Source: an uncultured Prolixibacteraceae bacterium (GTDB taxonomy: Bacteria > Bacteroidota > Bacteroidia > Bacteroidales > FEN-979). From it: a stretch of DNA of 64,000 nucleotides. Position 1 is the first letter of the stretch. Each line of letters begins with the position of its first letter. Position numbers and translations under genes: made by a program. The stretch lies in contig CAZTSX010000010.1 of the NCBI GenBank assembly GCA_964616825.1, forward strand, positions 525-64,524. Reading direction: 5' to 3'. Shown in pieces: positions 49,350 to 59,105 of the stretch. The notes beneath the pieces were generated by a model. It was not told the DNA's origin. It did not search any database and saw only the letters and a program-made list of their open reading frames with translations.

Positions 49350-49526
49350 GATTCGGTATGACGAAAAGCGCCTGTTCAACCGGGAGGAGTGTTAATTTTA
49401 CTCTTTCTGCATTATTTTTATGGAAATCCCGGAATTCGCTTATCTTGATAGATGAAAATCAAATCACTTTCTTGCATTCATGTTTTCCGATAATATTGTA
49501 CCTTTAATGATTCCAAATAAATAATT

Positions 49527-52500
49527 ATGAGATCACTACATGTGCTTATCGCCCTATCGTTTGTAGTAACTGGTCATGCGGAAATACGGTCATACGGTCA
49601 TCCAGTCATGGCATCAACTCCCTTATTCACCTGGTCACCCGTTCACCTGATTACTTGTTCACCTGTTCACCTGTTCACCAGTTCACTCAATCGAGATTAC
49701 CAAAAGCAATGGGCAAAAGTCGACTCACTCACCAAATCGGGACTTCCCCGGTCAGCTTTGAAAGTTGTCGATAAAATATATTCCCTGGCGAATTCAGAGA
49801 AAAACAATCCCCAGGTGGTCAAAGCAATCCTCTACCGGCTCAGGCTGAATTCCGATTTTCAGGAAAATTTTCCTGTTCATGCCATCCGGGAGATTCAAAA
49901 GGAGATTGCCATTTCACAGGAGCCTGTTAAACAGATTCTGCACTCCATCCTCGGAGAGCTCTGCTGGAACTATTTCCGGATGAATCAATACCGTTTTCAA
50001 AATCGCACTTTCATTCCCGATAATCAATCAGATGATCCGGAAACATGGGATCTCAATACACTGGCCTCCCAGATCATCCTCAACTACAGATTGTCCCTAT
50101 CTAATGATATCGTATTACAGGATATCCCTATTGAGCAATTTCAAGCTATTCTTGATCAGCCTGTTCTTGCTGAAGGAGAATCAGATCCAACACCTGAGTT
50201 TCGCCCTACACTCTTTGATTTCCTGGCCCACCGGGCACTTGACTTTTTTACAACATCGGATCTCCTTTTAAATCAATCCGTCTATACATTCAGTCTGGAT
50301 AATGCAGCTTTCTTTGATCCAGCTCAAAAATTTATCAACTACCCCCTCCAGTCCAAAGGGATTCATTCACGGTCCGGTGATGGTTCGTTTATCCCACCAG
50401 AAAATGATACCTTATCACTTCCCTGGTATGCGATTCGGATATTTCAGGCACTTGATCAGTTTCACATTAACGATAAAAATCCCCGTGCATTGATAGATGT
50501 GGAGCTTGACCGCTATGCATATGTTCTGAATGAAAGCACGTTACCAGCGAAAGATAGCATCTACCTTCAAGCCTTGCAGCAATTTGAACAGGATTATACC
50601 TATTCCCCTTTTTCAACTGAAATTTCATTTGTTATAGCTGAAAAACTGATACAAGAAGGAGCAACATACGATCCTCTGGTCTCAGATAGTCATAAGTGGG
50701 ATCTGAAAAAGGCCCTTCAGATATGTATTCAGGCGAATGAAAAATTTCCCGATGCTGACGGGAGTAGGGCATGCCGGAGACTCATCAAGGAGATCAAAGA
50801 GCCTTCCCTGACAATTACATCAGAATATGCTATTATCCCTTCCCGGCCAGCGTTAATCTCATTGGGATTTAAAAATGTTTCAGCATTACATTTCAGGATG
50901 GTAAAAGCTAATCCGGATCAATTTCCGTCGGCTCTTTCGGGATTGAAGCAAGCACAGATTCTCAACTACCTGGCCCGTCTGGAAATGGTATCCGACTGGT
51001 CTGTTTCATTGCCTTCCGACGGCGATTACCAGGAGCATCAAACAGAGATATCAATCCCTGCAGTTGAACCGGGTTTCTACATCCTTTTCTCTTCATCAGA
51101 CTCCTCCTTTCAAAATCCTGAAATGCCATTTACCTATCAATCTCTCTGGTCATCACAAATCAGTTATGTTACGCAGCGTATAGCTACCGGAGGGGTTGAT
51201 GTTTATCTTTTGAACAGGGACAGCGGCAGGCCTTTACCAAACTTGCTTGCTGAATCCTATTCCAGGAGCTATAACTCCAGGGAGAGAGTTTATACCACAA
51301 CGAAAACAGGCGAATATCATTCAGATGCTTCCGGATTTTTCTCAATTCCGGCTCCAGAAAAACGCGGCATCCATACCAATCTCTACCTGAAGATCCACTC
51401 GAAAAAGGATCTGTTGATTACCGAATCATTTTATCTCTATCCTGCCGTTACAAAAGCAACCAGGACCGTTGAGCAGACACGGTTTTTCACCGACCGTGCG
51501 ATATACCGGCCGGGACAAATTATCTATTTTAAAGGGATTATACTGGAGCGGACTGGAGATTCGTCCTCTTTGAAAACAAACAAAACAACCCGTGTTGCAT
51601 TCACTGATGTGAATGGACAGAAGATTTCAGAACAGACCTTCACTACCGATTCCTATGGCGCTTTCAATGGCTCCTTTATTGCTCCGGGTGGTGTGTTATT
51701 GGGCGATATGCGTATCTTCAATGAGTCGGGTTCCATTACTCTTTCCGTGGAAGAGTATAAAAGGCCCACTTTTGAAGTGCTGTTTGATCCAATAGAAGGA
51801 AATTATAAATTGGGAGAGAAGGTGACGGTGATTGGCAAGGCAATCGGGTATGCCGGGAATGCTGTCGATGCCGGCAGTGTCAGTTTTCGTATAGTACGAA
51901 CCGCCCGTTTCCCTTTTTGGAACCGGATGTGGTACTACCCCTTTCCCTCTTCCCCCGAAACAGAGATCATCAACGGTACTGTTATCACGCAACCTGACGG
52001 ATCGTTTACCATTTCCTTTGATGCGATCCCTGACCTCACCGTGCCGGCCCAGACCAAGCCGGTATTCACATTCCAGGTTTATGTCGATGTAACCGATATC
52101 AATGGGGAGACCCGTTCGGCACAAGAGTCGATATCGGTAGGCTATATTTCACTGATTATCGATATCGAAATTCCTGAAAAACTGAATCTTAAAAAAGTAT
52201 CTGCACTCTCACTCAGCACAACCAACCTGAATGGCAGGCCCACTCCTTCCGATGTACAAGTTGTCCTGTCCAGATTGGATGAGCCGGAACGAGCGTTCAA
52301 AAAACGTCTTTGGGGCCGTCCTGATCTTACCCTCATGTCGGAAGAGGAATTTTATTCTCAATTTCCGAACGATATTTATGAAAACGACGATGACCCGGCG
52401 ACCTGGAAAATATCGTCAACGGTATTCGATAAGGTGTTGAACACCTCCAGAGATACCCTGTTGAATTTCGCAGATACCGGATGCCGGATACCGGATGCCG

Positions 52501-55500
52501 GATATTATAAAATCGAATTGAGTGCGACTGATCCTTTCGGCCAAAAAGTTGAAAAAACACTCTATTTCATTGCATTTGATCCGGATAGCAATCAGATTCC
52601 TGTTCCCGAAATGAACTGGTTTGTTCCATTACAGATCGAAGGAGAGCCGGGAGAGCAAGCCTCCTTTCTTATTGGCACCAGTGAAAAAAATGTACAGGTT
52701 ATCTGGGAAATCCGGGTGAAAGATCAGCTCCAATCCAGGGAGTGGATCAAACTCAACAACCAGCAAAAAAAGATCGAGATTCCGATCCTGGAAGCATACC
52801 GGGGTAATTTCTCGGTGAATTTTCTCTTTGTCAGGGATAACAGGGTATACCAGAACAGCCAGGTGATCACAGTTCCCTATACAGATAAAAAACTCGACAT
52901 CACATTTGAAACATTCCGGAACAAGCTGATCCCGGGACAACATGAAGAGTGGAAGATTTGGATCACCAATGCCGATAAAGAGGGGGTTGAAGCCCAATTT
53001 TTAACCACAATGTATGATCGTTCTCTTGACGTTTTCAGGAGTAACTCATGGACTTTCGATCTTTACCGAAAATTCTATTTCAACGATCCGTGGGAGATCC
53101 ATAATGATTTCAGAACATCAGCAAATTCCTGGTACTCAACCTGGTCCCATGAAGTTGTCTCTCCCCGTGAATATGACCGGTTGAACTGGTTTGGAATTCG
53201 GGTAGCACAGCCTTTCTACTCACGATCGGGAGGATTAAAAGGAGTATACATGGTGGAAAAGATGGATGCCCCGGAAGCCGAACCTTCTATGGGTGGCAAC
53301 GAAGATGTTGTGCCTCCTCTTTCTCACGATCAAACCAAATCAGGAAGTAGCACTAGCCAGGATGTACCGGTAATTCCGATTCGGAAAGATTTTAGTGAAA
53401 CAGCGTTTTTCTATCCATCCCTGACCACAGATTCAGACGGGAGGTTATATCTGAAATTCACCGTGCCGGATGCATTGACCTCCTGGAAATTGCTCGGCCT
53501 TGGCTACACCAAACAGCTTGATTACGGATTGATTGAGAAAGAGCTGATCACCCGGAAGGACCTGATGGTATTTCCCAATCCGCCCCGTTTTCTCAGGCAG
53601 GGGGATACCATTGTGTTCAGTGCTAAGATTGTCAACCTGAGCAATCATGAGATCAGTGGTGAATCAATGCTCAATTTGTCGGAAGCAGTTACGTTACAAC
53701 CATTAGATAATTTGATCCTGGATCCTGGATCCTGGATGCCGGATAGCAAATTCTTCACTATTCCCGCCGGTCAGAGTGCCGGTGTCTCCTGGACCATCGC
53801 TATCCCGGTTACGAACATCATAAGCCTGTTGAAATACCGTGTCACAGCACATGCAGGAAATTTCAGTGATGGAGAAGAGAACACCATCCCGGTGCTCACC
53901 AATCGAATGCTGGTCACCGAGTCGCTCCCGTTACCGGTCAGAGGGCAAGGTACATTCAATTTTACGTTCGATAAATTAAAAAACTCCGCTTCCCAGCCAG
54001 ATGCCACTCTGGAAAACTACAGGCTGACACTTGAATTTGCCTCGAATCCTGCCTGGTATGTAGTTCAGGCATTGCCCTCTTTGAATGAAGTGATCTATAA
54101 AAATGCCGGTCAAATCTTCGGGGCTTTCTATGCGAATGGTTTAGCTGCACATATTGCTAACTCACGGCCGGAGATCCGACTTGTATTTGAGAGCTGGAAA
54201 GCATTGACACCAGATGCTCTGGTATCGAATCTGGAAAAGAATGAGGAACTCAAAACAGCGATCCTGGAGGAGACACCCTGGGTGATAGAGGCTAAAAGCG
54301 AAACCCAGAACAAGCGTCGGATAGGATTATTTTTCGACATGAATAACCTGGAAAATAACCTGAAGCAAAACCTTTCAAAACTCATCGAGATGCAGAAACA
54401 TTCAGGTGGCTGGCCATGGTTTGAAGGGATGCGTGAGAGCCGGGTGATCACATTAAACATCTTGACCGGACTTGGTCGCCTTAAGCATCTGGGAGCCAGA
54501 TATGCTTTGCAGGAGGCCCAGGTGTCTGCGATGATCAAACGTGCCATTCAATACCTGGACGAGGAATTGGTCAACGATTATGAAAAACTGAAAAAAAGAT
54601 TTCCTAAAAAGTTGAACCAGAATCACCTGACGCCCCTTCAAATAAAATACCTCTATGCCCGAAGTTTTTTCAAACAGATACCGGATCCCGGATTCCGGAT
54701 CCCGGATTCATCATCCAGCATCAACCAAGTGCTGCAATACTATACTTTCCAATCTAAAATGTACTGGTTAAAGCAGGACATCTACTCCCAGGGGATGATT
54801 GCACTTGCGTTGAACCGCACTGGAGATCGTGATATTTCGTTGAAAATTCTGCAATCACTGAACGAAAAAGCGTTGCATTCGCCTGAGATGGGAATGTATT
54901 GGGCAACGCAAAATGGCTATGAGTGGTACCGGGCTCCGATTGAAATCCAGGCCTTGTTGATCGAAGCGTTTGATGAGATTGTTAATGACCGGAAATCTGT
55001 TGAAGAGATGAAAATCTGGCTGTTGAAACAGAAACAAACCCAGATGTGGCGAACCAGGCAGGCAACGGTGGATGCCTGTTATGCACTGCTCTTAAGAGGG
55101 GTAAATCTGCTTGCAGACGATCCACAAGTATCCATTACCATCGGTGACTTGAAGATTGATCCTTCGAAATTGACCGATTCAAGAACAGAGGCTGGAACCG
55201 GGTATTTTAAGATGTCGTGGATGGGAGATCAAATCAAGCCGGATATGAGTACCATTCAGATTACAAAATCGACGGATGGTATTGCCTGGGGCGGATTGTA
55301 CTGGCAGTATTTCGAAAACCTCGATAATATCACCCCGCATGAAACACCATTAACGGTTGAGCAACAATTATTTCTTGAGAAGAACACTGAATCCGGTCCA
55401 GTATTAGAAAAGATACCGGATGCCGGATATCAGAAACCAGATTCAATATCCAACATCCAACATCCAACATCTCTTGAAGTGGGAGATAAAGTCATTGTCC

Positions 55501-55847
55501 GCATCCTTTTAACGGTAGATCGAACCATGGAGTTCGTCCATCTGAAAGCTATGCGTGCATCCGGTCTGGAGCCATTTTACTCACTTAACTCACCAGCTCA
55601 CCAGCTCACCAGCTCACCACTCTCCGGCTATCGATACCAGGATGGGTTGGGCTATTACCAGTCGACAACGGATGTGGCGACAAACTTCTTTTTTGACAAC
55701 CTGCCCAAAGGAACCTATGTGTTTGAATACCCGCTTGTGATAAATAATGCCGGAAACTTCTCTAATGGAATCACAACGGTTCAATGCATGTATGCTCCGG
55801 AATTCTCATCACATACAGAAGGAGTCAGGATTGAGGTAACGAAGTAG
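49527..55847 (+). CDS. Bacterial alpha-2-macroglobulin family protein
   Basis: 2106 aa; FTDRAIYRPGQ (MG2), EEYKRPTFEV, RKDFSETAFFYP, PDALTSW, Q..SGGWPWF, G.FSNG...VQCMYAPEF. Confidence 0.92.
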   Translation: MRSLHVLIALSFVVTGHAEIRSYGHPVMASTPLFTWSPVHLITCSPVHLFTSSLNRDYQKQWAKVDSLTKSGLPRSALKVVDKIYSLANSEKNNPQVVKAILYRLRLNSDFQENFPVHAIREIQKEIAISQEPVKQILHSILGELCWNYFRMNQYRFQNRTFIPDNQSDDPETWDLNTLASQIILNYRLSLSNDIVLQDIPIEQFQAILDQPVLAEGESDPTPEFRPTLFDFLAHRALDFFTTSDLLLNQSVYTFSLDNAAFFDPAQKFINYPLQSKGIHSRSGDGSFIPPENDTLSLPWYAIRIFQALDQFHINDKNPRALIDVELDRYAYVLNESTLPAKDSIYLQALQQFEQDYTYSPFSTEISFVIAEKLIQEGATYDPLVSDSHKWDLKKALQICIQANEKFPDADGSRACRRLIKEIKEPSLTITSEYAIIPSRPALISLGFKNVSALHFRMVKANPDQFPSALSGLKQAQILNYLARLEMVSDWSVSLPSDGDYQEHQTEISIPAVEPGFYILFSSSDSSFQNPEMPFTYQSLWSSQISYVTQRIATGGVDVYLLNRDSGRPLPNLLAESYSRSYNSRERVYTTTKTGEYHSDASGFFSIPAPEKRGIHTNLYLKIHSKKDLLITESFYLYPAVTKATRTVEQTRFFTDRAIYRPGQIIYFKGIILERTGDSSSLKTNKTTRVAFTDVNGQKISEQTFTTDSYGAFNGSFIAPGGVLLGDMRIFNESGSITLSVEEYKRPTFEVLFDPIEGNYKLGEKVTVIGKAIGYAGNAVDAGSVSFRIVRTARFPFWNRMWYYPFPSSPETEIINGTVITQPDGSFTISFDAIPDLTVPAQTKPVFTFQVYVDVTDINGETRSAQESISVGYISLIIDIEIPEKLNLKKVSALSLSTTNLNGRPTPSDVQVVLSRLDEPERAFKKRLWGRPDLTLMSEEEFYSQFPNDIYENDDDPATWKISSTVFDKVLNTSRDTLLNFADTGCRIPDAGYYKIELSATDPFGQKVEKTLYFIAFDPDSNQIPVPEMNWFVPLQIEGEPGEQASFLIGTSEKNVQVIWEIRVKDQLQSREWIKLNNQQKKIEIPILEAYRGNFSVNFLFVRDNRVYQNSQVITVPYTDKKLDITFETFRNKLIPGQHEEWKIWITNADKEGVEAQFLTTMYDRSLDVFRSNSWTFDLYRKFYFNDPWEIHNDFRTSANSWYSTWSHEVVSPREYDRLNWFGIRVAQPFYSRSGGLKGVYMVEKMDAPEAEPSMGGNEDVVPPLSHDQTKSGSSTSQDVPVIPIRKDFSETAFFYPSLTTDSDGRLYLKFTVPDALTSWKLLGLGYTKQLDYGLIEKELITRKDLMVFPNPPRFLRQGDTIVFSAKIVNLSNHEISGESMLNLSEAVTLQPLDNLILDPGSWMPDSKFFTIPAGQSAGVSWTIAIPVTNIISLLKYRVTAHAGNFSDGEENTIPVLTNRMLVTESLPLPVRGQGTFNFTFDKLKNSASQPDATLENYRLTLEFASNPAWYVVQALPSLNEVIYKNAGQIFGAFYANGLAAHIANSRPEIRLVFESWKALTPDALVSNLEKNEELKTAILEETPWVIEAKSETQNKRRIGLFFDMNNLENNLKQNLSKLIEMQKHSGGWPWFEGMRESRVITLNILTGLGRLKHLGARYALQEAQVSAMIKRAIQYLDEELVNDYEKLKKRFPKKLNQNHLTPLQIKYLYARSFFKQIPDPGFRIPDSSSSINQVLQYYTFQSKMYWLKQDIYSQGMIALALNRTGDRDISLKILQSLNEKALHSPEMGMYWATQNGYEWYRAPIEIQALLIEAFDEIVNDRKSVEEMKIWLLKQKQTQMWRTRQATVDACYALLLRGVNLLADDPQVSITIGDLKIDPSKLTDSRTEAGTGYFKMSWMGDQIKPDMSTIQITKSTDGIAWGGLYWQYFENLDNITPHETPLTVEQQLFLEKNTESGPVLEKIPDAGYQKPDSISNIQHPTSLEVGDKVIVRILLTVDRTMEFVHLKAMRASGLEPFYSLNSPAHQLTSSPLSGYRYQDGLGYYQSTTDVATNFFFDNLPKGTYVFEYPLVINNAGNFSNGITTVQCMYAPEFSSHTEGVRIEVTK
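49571..49688. repeat. Two in-frame 8-bp arrays at the A2M N-terminus (CGGTCATA x5; GTTCACCT x8)
   Basis: 49571-49610 and 49625-49688, imperfect units read directly from the sequence. Confidence 0.8.
52472..52506. repeat. In-frame 7-bp array (GGATRCC x5) in A2M
   Basis: agatacc ggatgcc ggatacc ggatgcc ggatatt. Confidence 0.8.
53714..53748. repeat. In-frame 7-bp array (GATCCTG x3 plus variants) in A2M
   Basis: gatcctg gatcctg gatcctg gatgccg gatagca. Confidence 0.8.
54676..54724. repeat. In-frame 7-bp array with inverted tail in A2M
   Basis: agatacc ggatccc ggattcc ggatccc ggattca tcatcca gcatcaa. Confidence 0.8.
55411..55473. repeat. In-frame 7-bp array with inverted tail in A2M (nine units)
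   Basis: agatacc ggatgcc ggatatc agaaacc agattca atatcca acatcca acatcca acatctc. Confidence 0.8.
55579..55625. repeat. In-frame 8-bp array (AGCTCACC) in A2M
   Basis: actcactt aactcacc agctcacc agctcacc agctcacc actctcc; same core as the arrays at 11182, 30913 and 60189. Confidence 0.8.
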
Positions 55848-55912
55848 TGAGTAAGCGAGAAGTGAAAATTTCGCTATTTCGTTATTTCGTTATTTCGCTA
55901 CCTCGCTATTTT
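55837..55912. repeat. Inverted pair of 8-bp arrays (TAGCGAAA / TTTCGCTA) spanning the A2M stop
   Basis: taacgaag tagtgagt aagcgaga, then tttcgcta tttcgtta tttcgtta tttcgcta cctcgcta. Confidence 0.75.
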
Positions 55913-55946
55913 GTACATTTGTCTCTTCAATTTCAACGATATCACT

Positions 55947-57692
55947 ATGCTTCGAACTCATACCTGTGGAGAGCTCCGCATATCCCAAACCGGTCAGAAC
56001 GTTTCTCTTTGCGGATGGATACAACGAAACCGGGAAATGGGTGGATTGACCTTCATCGACCTGCGTGACCGTTACGGGATCACACAACTTGTATTCAATA
56101 TGGAGCTAAACGACTCTCTTTGCGCGGAGGCCCGGAAGTTAGGACGTGAGTTTGTGGTCTGCATTCAGGGAAATGTGGCAGAACGTTCCAATAAAAATCC
56201 GAAAATTCCGACCGGTGATATCGAAATTCTCGTTGAAAAGCTGACCATTTTAAACACCTCCAAAGTCCCTCCTTTTACTATTGAAGATCATACCGACGGC
56301 GGGGAAGAGCTCCGGATGAAATATCGCTATCTCGATCTCCGCAGGGATGAGAATAAAAGGAATATGTTGCTCCGGCACAGGATGGCAATTGAGGTCCGCA
56401 ATTACTTGAATTCTAAGAATTTTATTGAAATAGAAACGCCCTTTTTAATCAAATCCACACCGGAAGGAGCCCGTGATTATGTAGTTCCCTCCCGGATGAA
56501 TGAAGGGGAATTTTATGCGCTTCCGCAATCTCCTCAAACCTTCAAACAATTGCTGATGATTGCCGGGTATGATCGCTATTTCCAGATTGTCAGGTGCTTC
56601 CGGGATGAAGACCTGCGCGCTGACCGCCAACCGGAATTTACCCAGATTGATTGTGAAATGTCGTTTGTAAACCAGGATGATATCCTGAATACGTTTGAAG
56701 GGCTGGCCACACACCTGTTCAAAACAATCCTTGATGTAGATTTATCTGATTTTCCTCAGATACCTTATGAAGAGGCTATCAAACTCTATGGGTCCGACAA
56801 ACCTGATATCCGCTTTGGGATGACTTTTATTGAGCTGAATACCCTGATGATAGGAAAAGGATTTAAGGTATTTGATGATGCCGGCCTGGTAGTTGGAATA
56901 AAAGCAGAAGGATGTGGAGATTACTCCCGCAAGCAGCTGGATGCATTGACCGATTTCGTTAGAAAACCTCAGGTAGGCGCTACCGGTCTGGTCTATATCA
57001 AATACAATCCTGATGGATCGATCAAATCATCAGTCGATAAATTTTATTCTCCGGAAGATCTGAAACCTGTTCTGGATGAATTCCAGGCCAAACCTGGTGA
57101 TCTGATCCTGATCCTTGCTGGTGATCCCGATCAAACCCGATCTGCGATGAGCGATTTGCGATTGGAGATAGGAAAAAGATTAAACCTGATGATTCCGGGT
57201 GAGTTCAGGCCACTTTGGATCGTCGATTTTCCTTTATTGGAATGGGATGAAGAGAGCCAGCGATATCATGCAAAACATCACCCGTTTACATCACCCAAAG
57301 AGGGAGATATTCCAATTCTTGAATCCGATCCTGTTTCAGTACGGGCCAATGCCTACGATTTGGTTATCAACGGTGTTGAGATCGGTGGGGGTTCTGTCAG
57401 AATTCACAATAAAGAGCTTCAGCAACAGCTATTCAAGGTGCTTGGTTTCTCCGATGAAGAGGCAGCCGCACAGTTCGGATTTCTGATGAATGCCTTTGAA
57501 TACGGCGCTCCTCCTCATGGGGGTATTGCGTTTGGCTTCGATCGTTGGGTCACTTTATTCGGTGGGGGTGAATCCATCCGTGATTTTATCGCCTTTCCGA
57601 AAAACAATGCAGGAAGAGATGTGATGATCGATTCCCCCTCCACGCTCAGTAACGAACAGCTAAACGAGTTGGGAATAAAAACTACGAAGTAG
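55947..57692 (+). CDS. aspS: Aspartate--tRNA ligase
   Basis: [60 protein letters not shown]. Confidence 0.97.
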   Translation: MLRTHTCGELRISQTGQNVSLCGWIQRNREMGGLTFIDLRDRYGITQLVFNMELNDSLCAEARKLGREFVVCIQGNVAERSNKNPKIPTGDIEILVEKLTILNTSKVPPFTIEDHTDGGEELRMKYRYLDLRRDENKRNMLLRHRMAIEVRNYLNSKNFIEIETPFLIKSTPEGARDYVVPSRMNEGEFYALPQSPQTFKQLLMIAGYDRYFQIVRCFRDEDLRADRQPEFTQIDCEMSFVNQDDILNTFEGLATHLFKTILDVDLSDFPQIPYEEAIKLYGSDKPDIRFGMTFIELNTLMIGKGFKVFDDAGLVVGIKAEGCGDYSRKQLDALTDFVRKPQVGATGLVYIKYNPDGSIKSSVDKFYSPEDLKPVLDEFQAKPGDLILILAGDPDQTRSAMSDLRLEIGKRLNLMIPGEFRPLWIVDFPLLEWDEESQRYHAKHHPFTSPKEGDIPILESDPVSVRANAYDLVINGVEIGGGSVRIHNKELQQQLFKVLGFSDEEAAAQFGFLMNAFEYGAPPHGGIAFGFDRWVTLFGGGESIRDFIAFPKNNAGRDVMIDSPSTLSNEQLNELGIKTTK

Positions 57693-57711
57693 CGAAATCC
57701 AGGTCGTTTTA

Positions 57712-58578
57712 TTATCGAATATACCCGGTTTGAAGGCGTAATGAAATCGAGCTGGCCAATGTTGATACAGCCATTCTTATCAATGATCCTAAATCTTGAT
57801 CTTCCTCAAAATTAGGGGCATGGATGCTTTGAACCCGATGGTATTGAACCATGTTTATGTAAGAGTGCTGGGCTCTTTTGTTGTCTTCAGGACTGAAAAC
57901 CCCAAAACTAGACGCTTTGTGGGCAGCTAAGAGAGAAAAACAGGGGACATCGTTATATCCATCGCCCAGGTAAATCATATTCTCAATCGGAATCCTTCGT
58001 TCGCCTGGTGGAATAAAGGTGTTTATCGCAAATGGATCAACCAATGCATCACGATAACGAATTCCTTTATTGATTTCGAAAATATATCGGGTTTTCTCTG
58101 TATAGGTAATAGCGCGTTTAATGTTTGAAAGAATGGGCGGATCTCCCTCTTCATCCAACATACATCCATAAAACCCATAGAAATAATCATTTACAATATT
58201 ACTTCCGCTGATAATTGCATGTAGTCCACCTGAAATTATATAGAATTCAATAGCTATGAGTTCGTTAATCTCTTTGACAATCGTTTTGAGATCATCGAAC
58301 AGTTCAGGAATGCCGGGGTAAAAGAGTGAATCAAGTGTTGCGCCAAATTCGTTCAGTTGCTGATTGTTCAACTCCCCTAATGGTCTCCCTTTTCCCACTA
58401 AATCGAGTAAAAGCTTGATGTAAGCTAAGGTCGGATCATATCCCTTTGTAACTAATTTTGTGTAGGTGTCTTGCCAAAATTGGTTTGTGTCTACCCCAAA
58501 TTTTTCAAGTAACAAATTCGTGGAATCAGGTACCAATGTGTCATCGAAATCGAATATGACTGCAATGATGTTTGACAT
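57712..58578 (-). CDS. HAD-superfamily hydrolase (AT-rich gene)
   Basis: Motif I FDFDDT, motif II ISGG, motif IV YLGDGYNDVP. Confidence 0.8.
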   Translation of the reverse strand: MSNIIAVIFDFDDTLVPDSTNLLLEKFGVDTNQFWQDTYTKLVTKGYDPTLAYIKLLLDLVGKGRPLGELNNQQLNEFGATLDSLFYPGIPELFDDLKTIVKEINELIAIEFYIISGGLHAIISGSNIVNDYFYGFYGCMLDEEGDPPILSNIKRAITYTEKTRYIFEINKGIRYRDALVDPFAINTFIPPGERRIPIENMIYLGDGYNDVPCFSLLAAHKASSFGVFSPEDNKRAQHSYINMVQYHRVQSIHAPNFEEDQDLGSLIRMAVSTLASSISLRLQTGYIR

Positions 58579-58629
58579 ATCCTATACATTAATTAGACTT
58601 CTTGGTTACTCTCTTTTTATTTGTCTCAA

Positions 58630-59007
58630 TTATTCATTAAGCTCAGCTTCCATCCTTTCACGGTCTTCTACAGAGAGGTGCGGGCAATCGACCAGGGCTT
58701 TGTTCATCTCTTTTTTGAATTTCTTCCCAAATTCCTGGTCCGAGATCTTATCGCCATATTTATCCTGAAATTCCTTGTTGAGAATAGTCATCTCAACCGT
58801 TATCTGATGTTTTTCGGCTTCATATTTGTGGATGTTCAGGGAATCACCTTCTTCCCTGGCTGCTTTCAGATTATTCTGGACCTCAATGAACTTGCACATG
58901 GTTTCACCCAAAGGAGCTACATCCTCTTTCAGTTGGTTGTTTCCACATCCTGATAATCCAAAAATGGCCAGAGCCAGAATCGCGATTGCGATCGTTTTCA
59001 TTTTCAT
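58630..59007 (-). CDS. Hypothetical lipoprotein
   Basis: Lipobox LSGC after a hydrophobic signal; helical body with two further Cys. Confidence 0.75.
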   Translation of the reverse strand: MKMKTIAIAILALAIFGLSGCGNNQLKEDVAPLGETMCKFIEVQNNLKAAREEGDSLNIHKYEAEKHQITVEMTILNKEFQDKYGDKISDQEFGKKFKKEMNKALVDCPHLSVEDRERMEAELNE

Positions 59008-59030
59008 TTTATGTATTATTTAGTTTTTTG

Positions 59031-59038
59031 CAAAGGTA
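59031..59038 (-). promoter_or_regulatory. Bacteroidota -7 element (TACCTTTG) upstream of the lipoprotein gene
   Basis: TAnnTTTG match 24 nt upstream of the start. Confidence 0.5.
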
Positions 59039-59105
59039 AGATTTTTCTTTTCTGCAGAATATTTCTATTTTTATCTGTGTAATCCGTTGTTAATACCTTC
59101 TCATT

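Noticed and set aside
55847-56068. 73-aa [25 protein letters not shown] and the ORF-track aspS extension to 55911
   Set aside because: Both derive from the TTTCGCTA array or run out of frame over aspS; the conserved aspS start is MLRTHTCGE at 55947.
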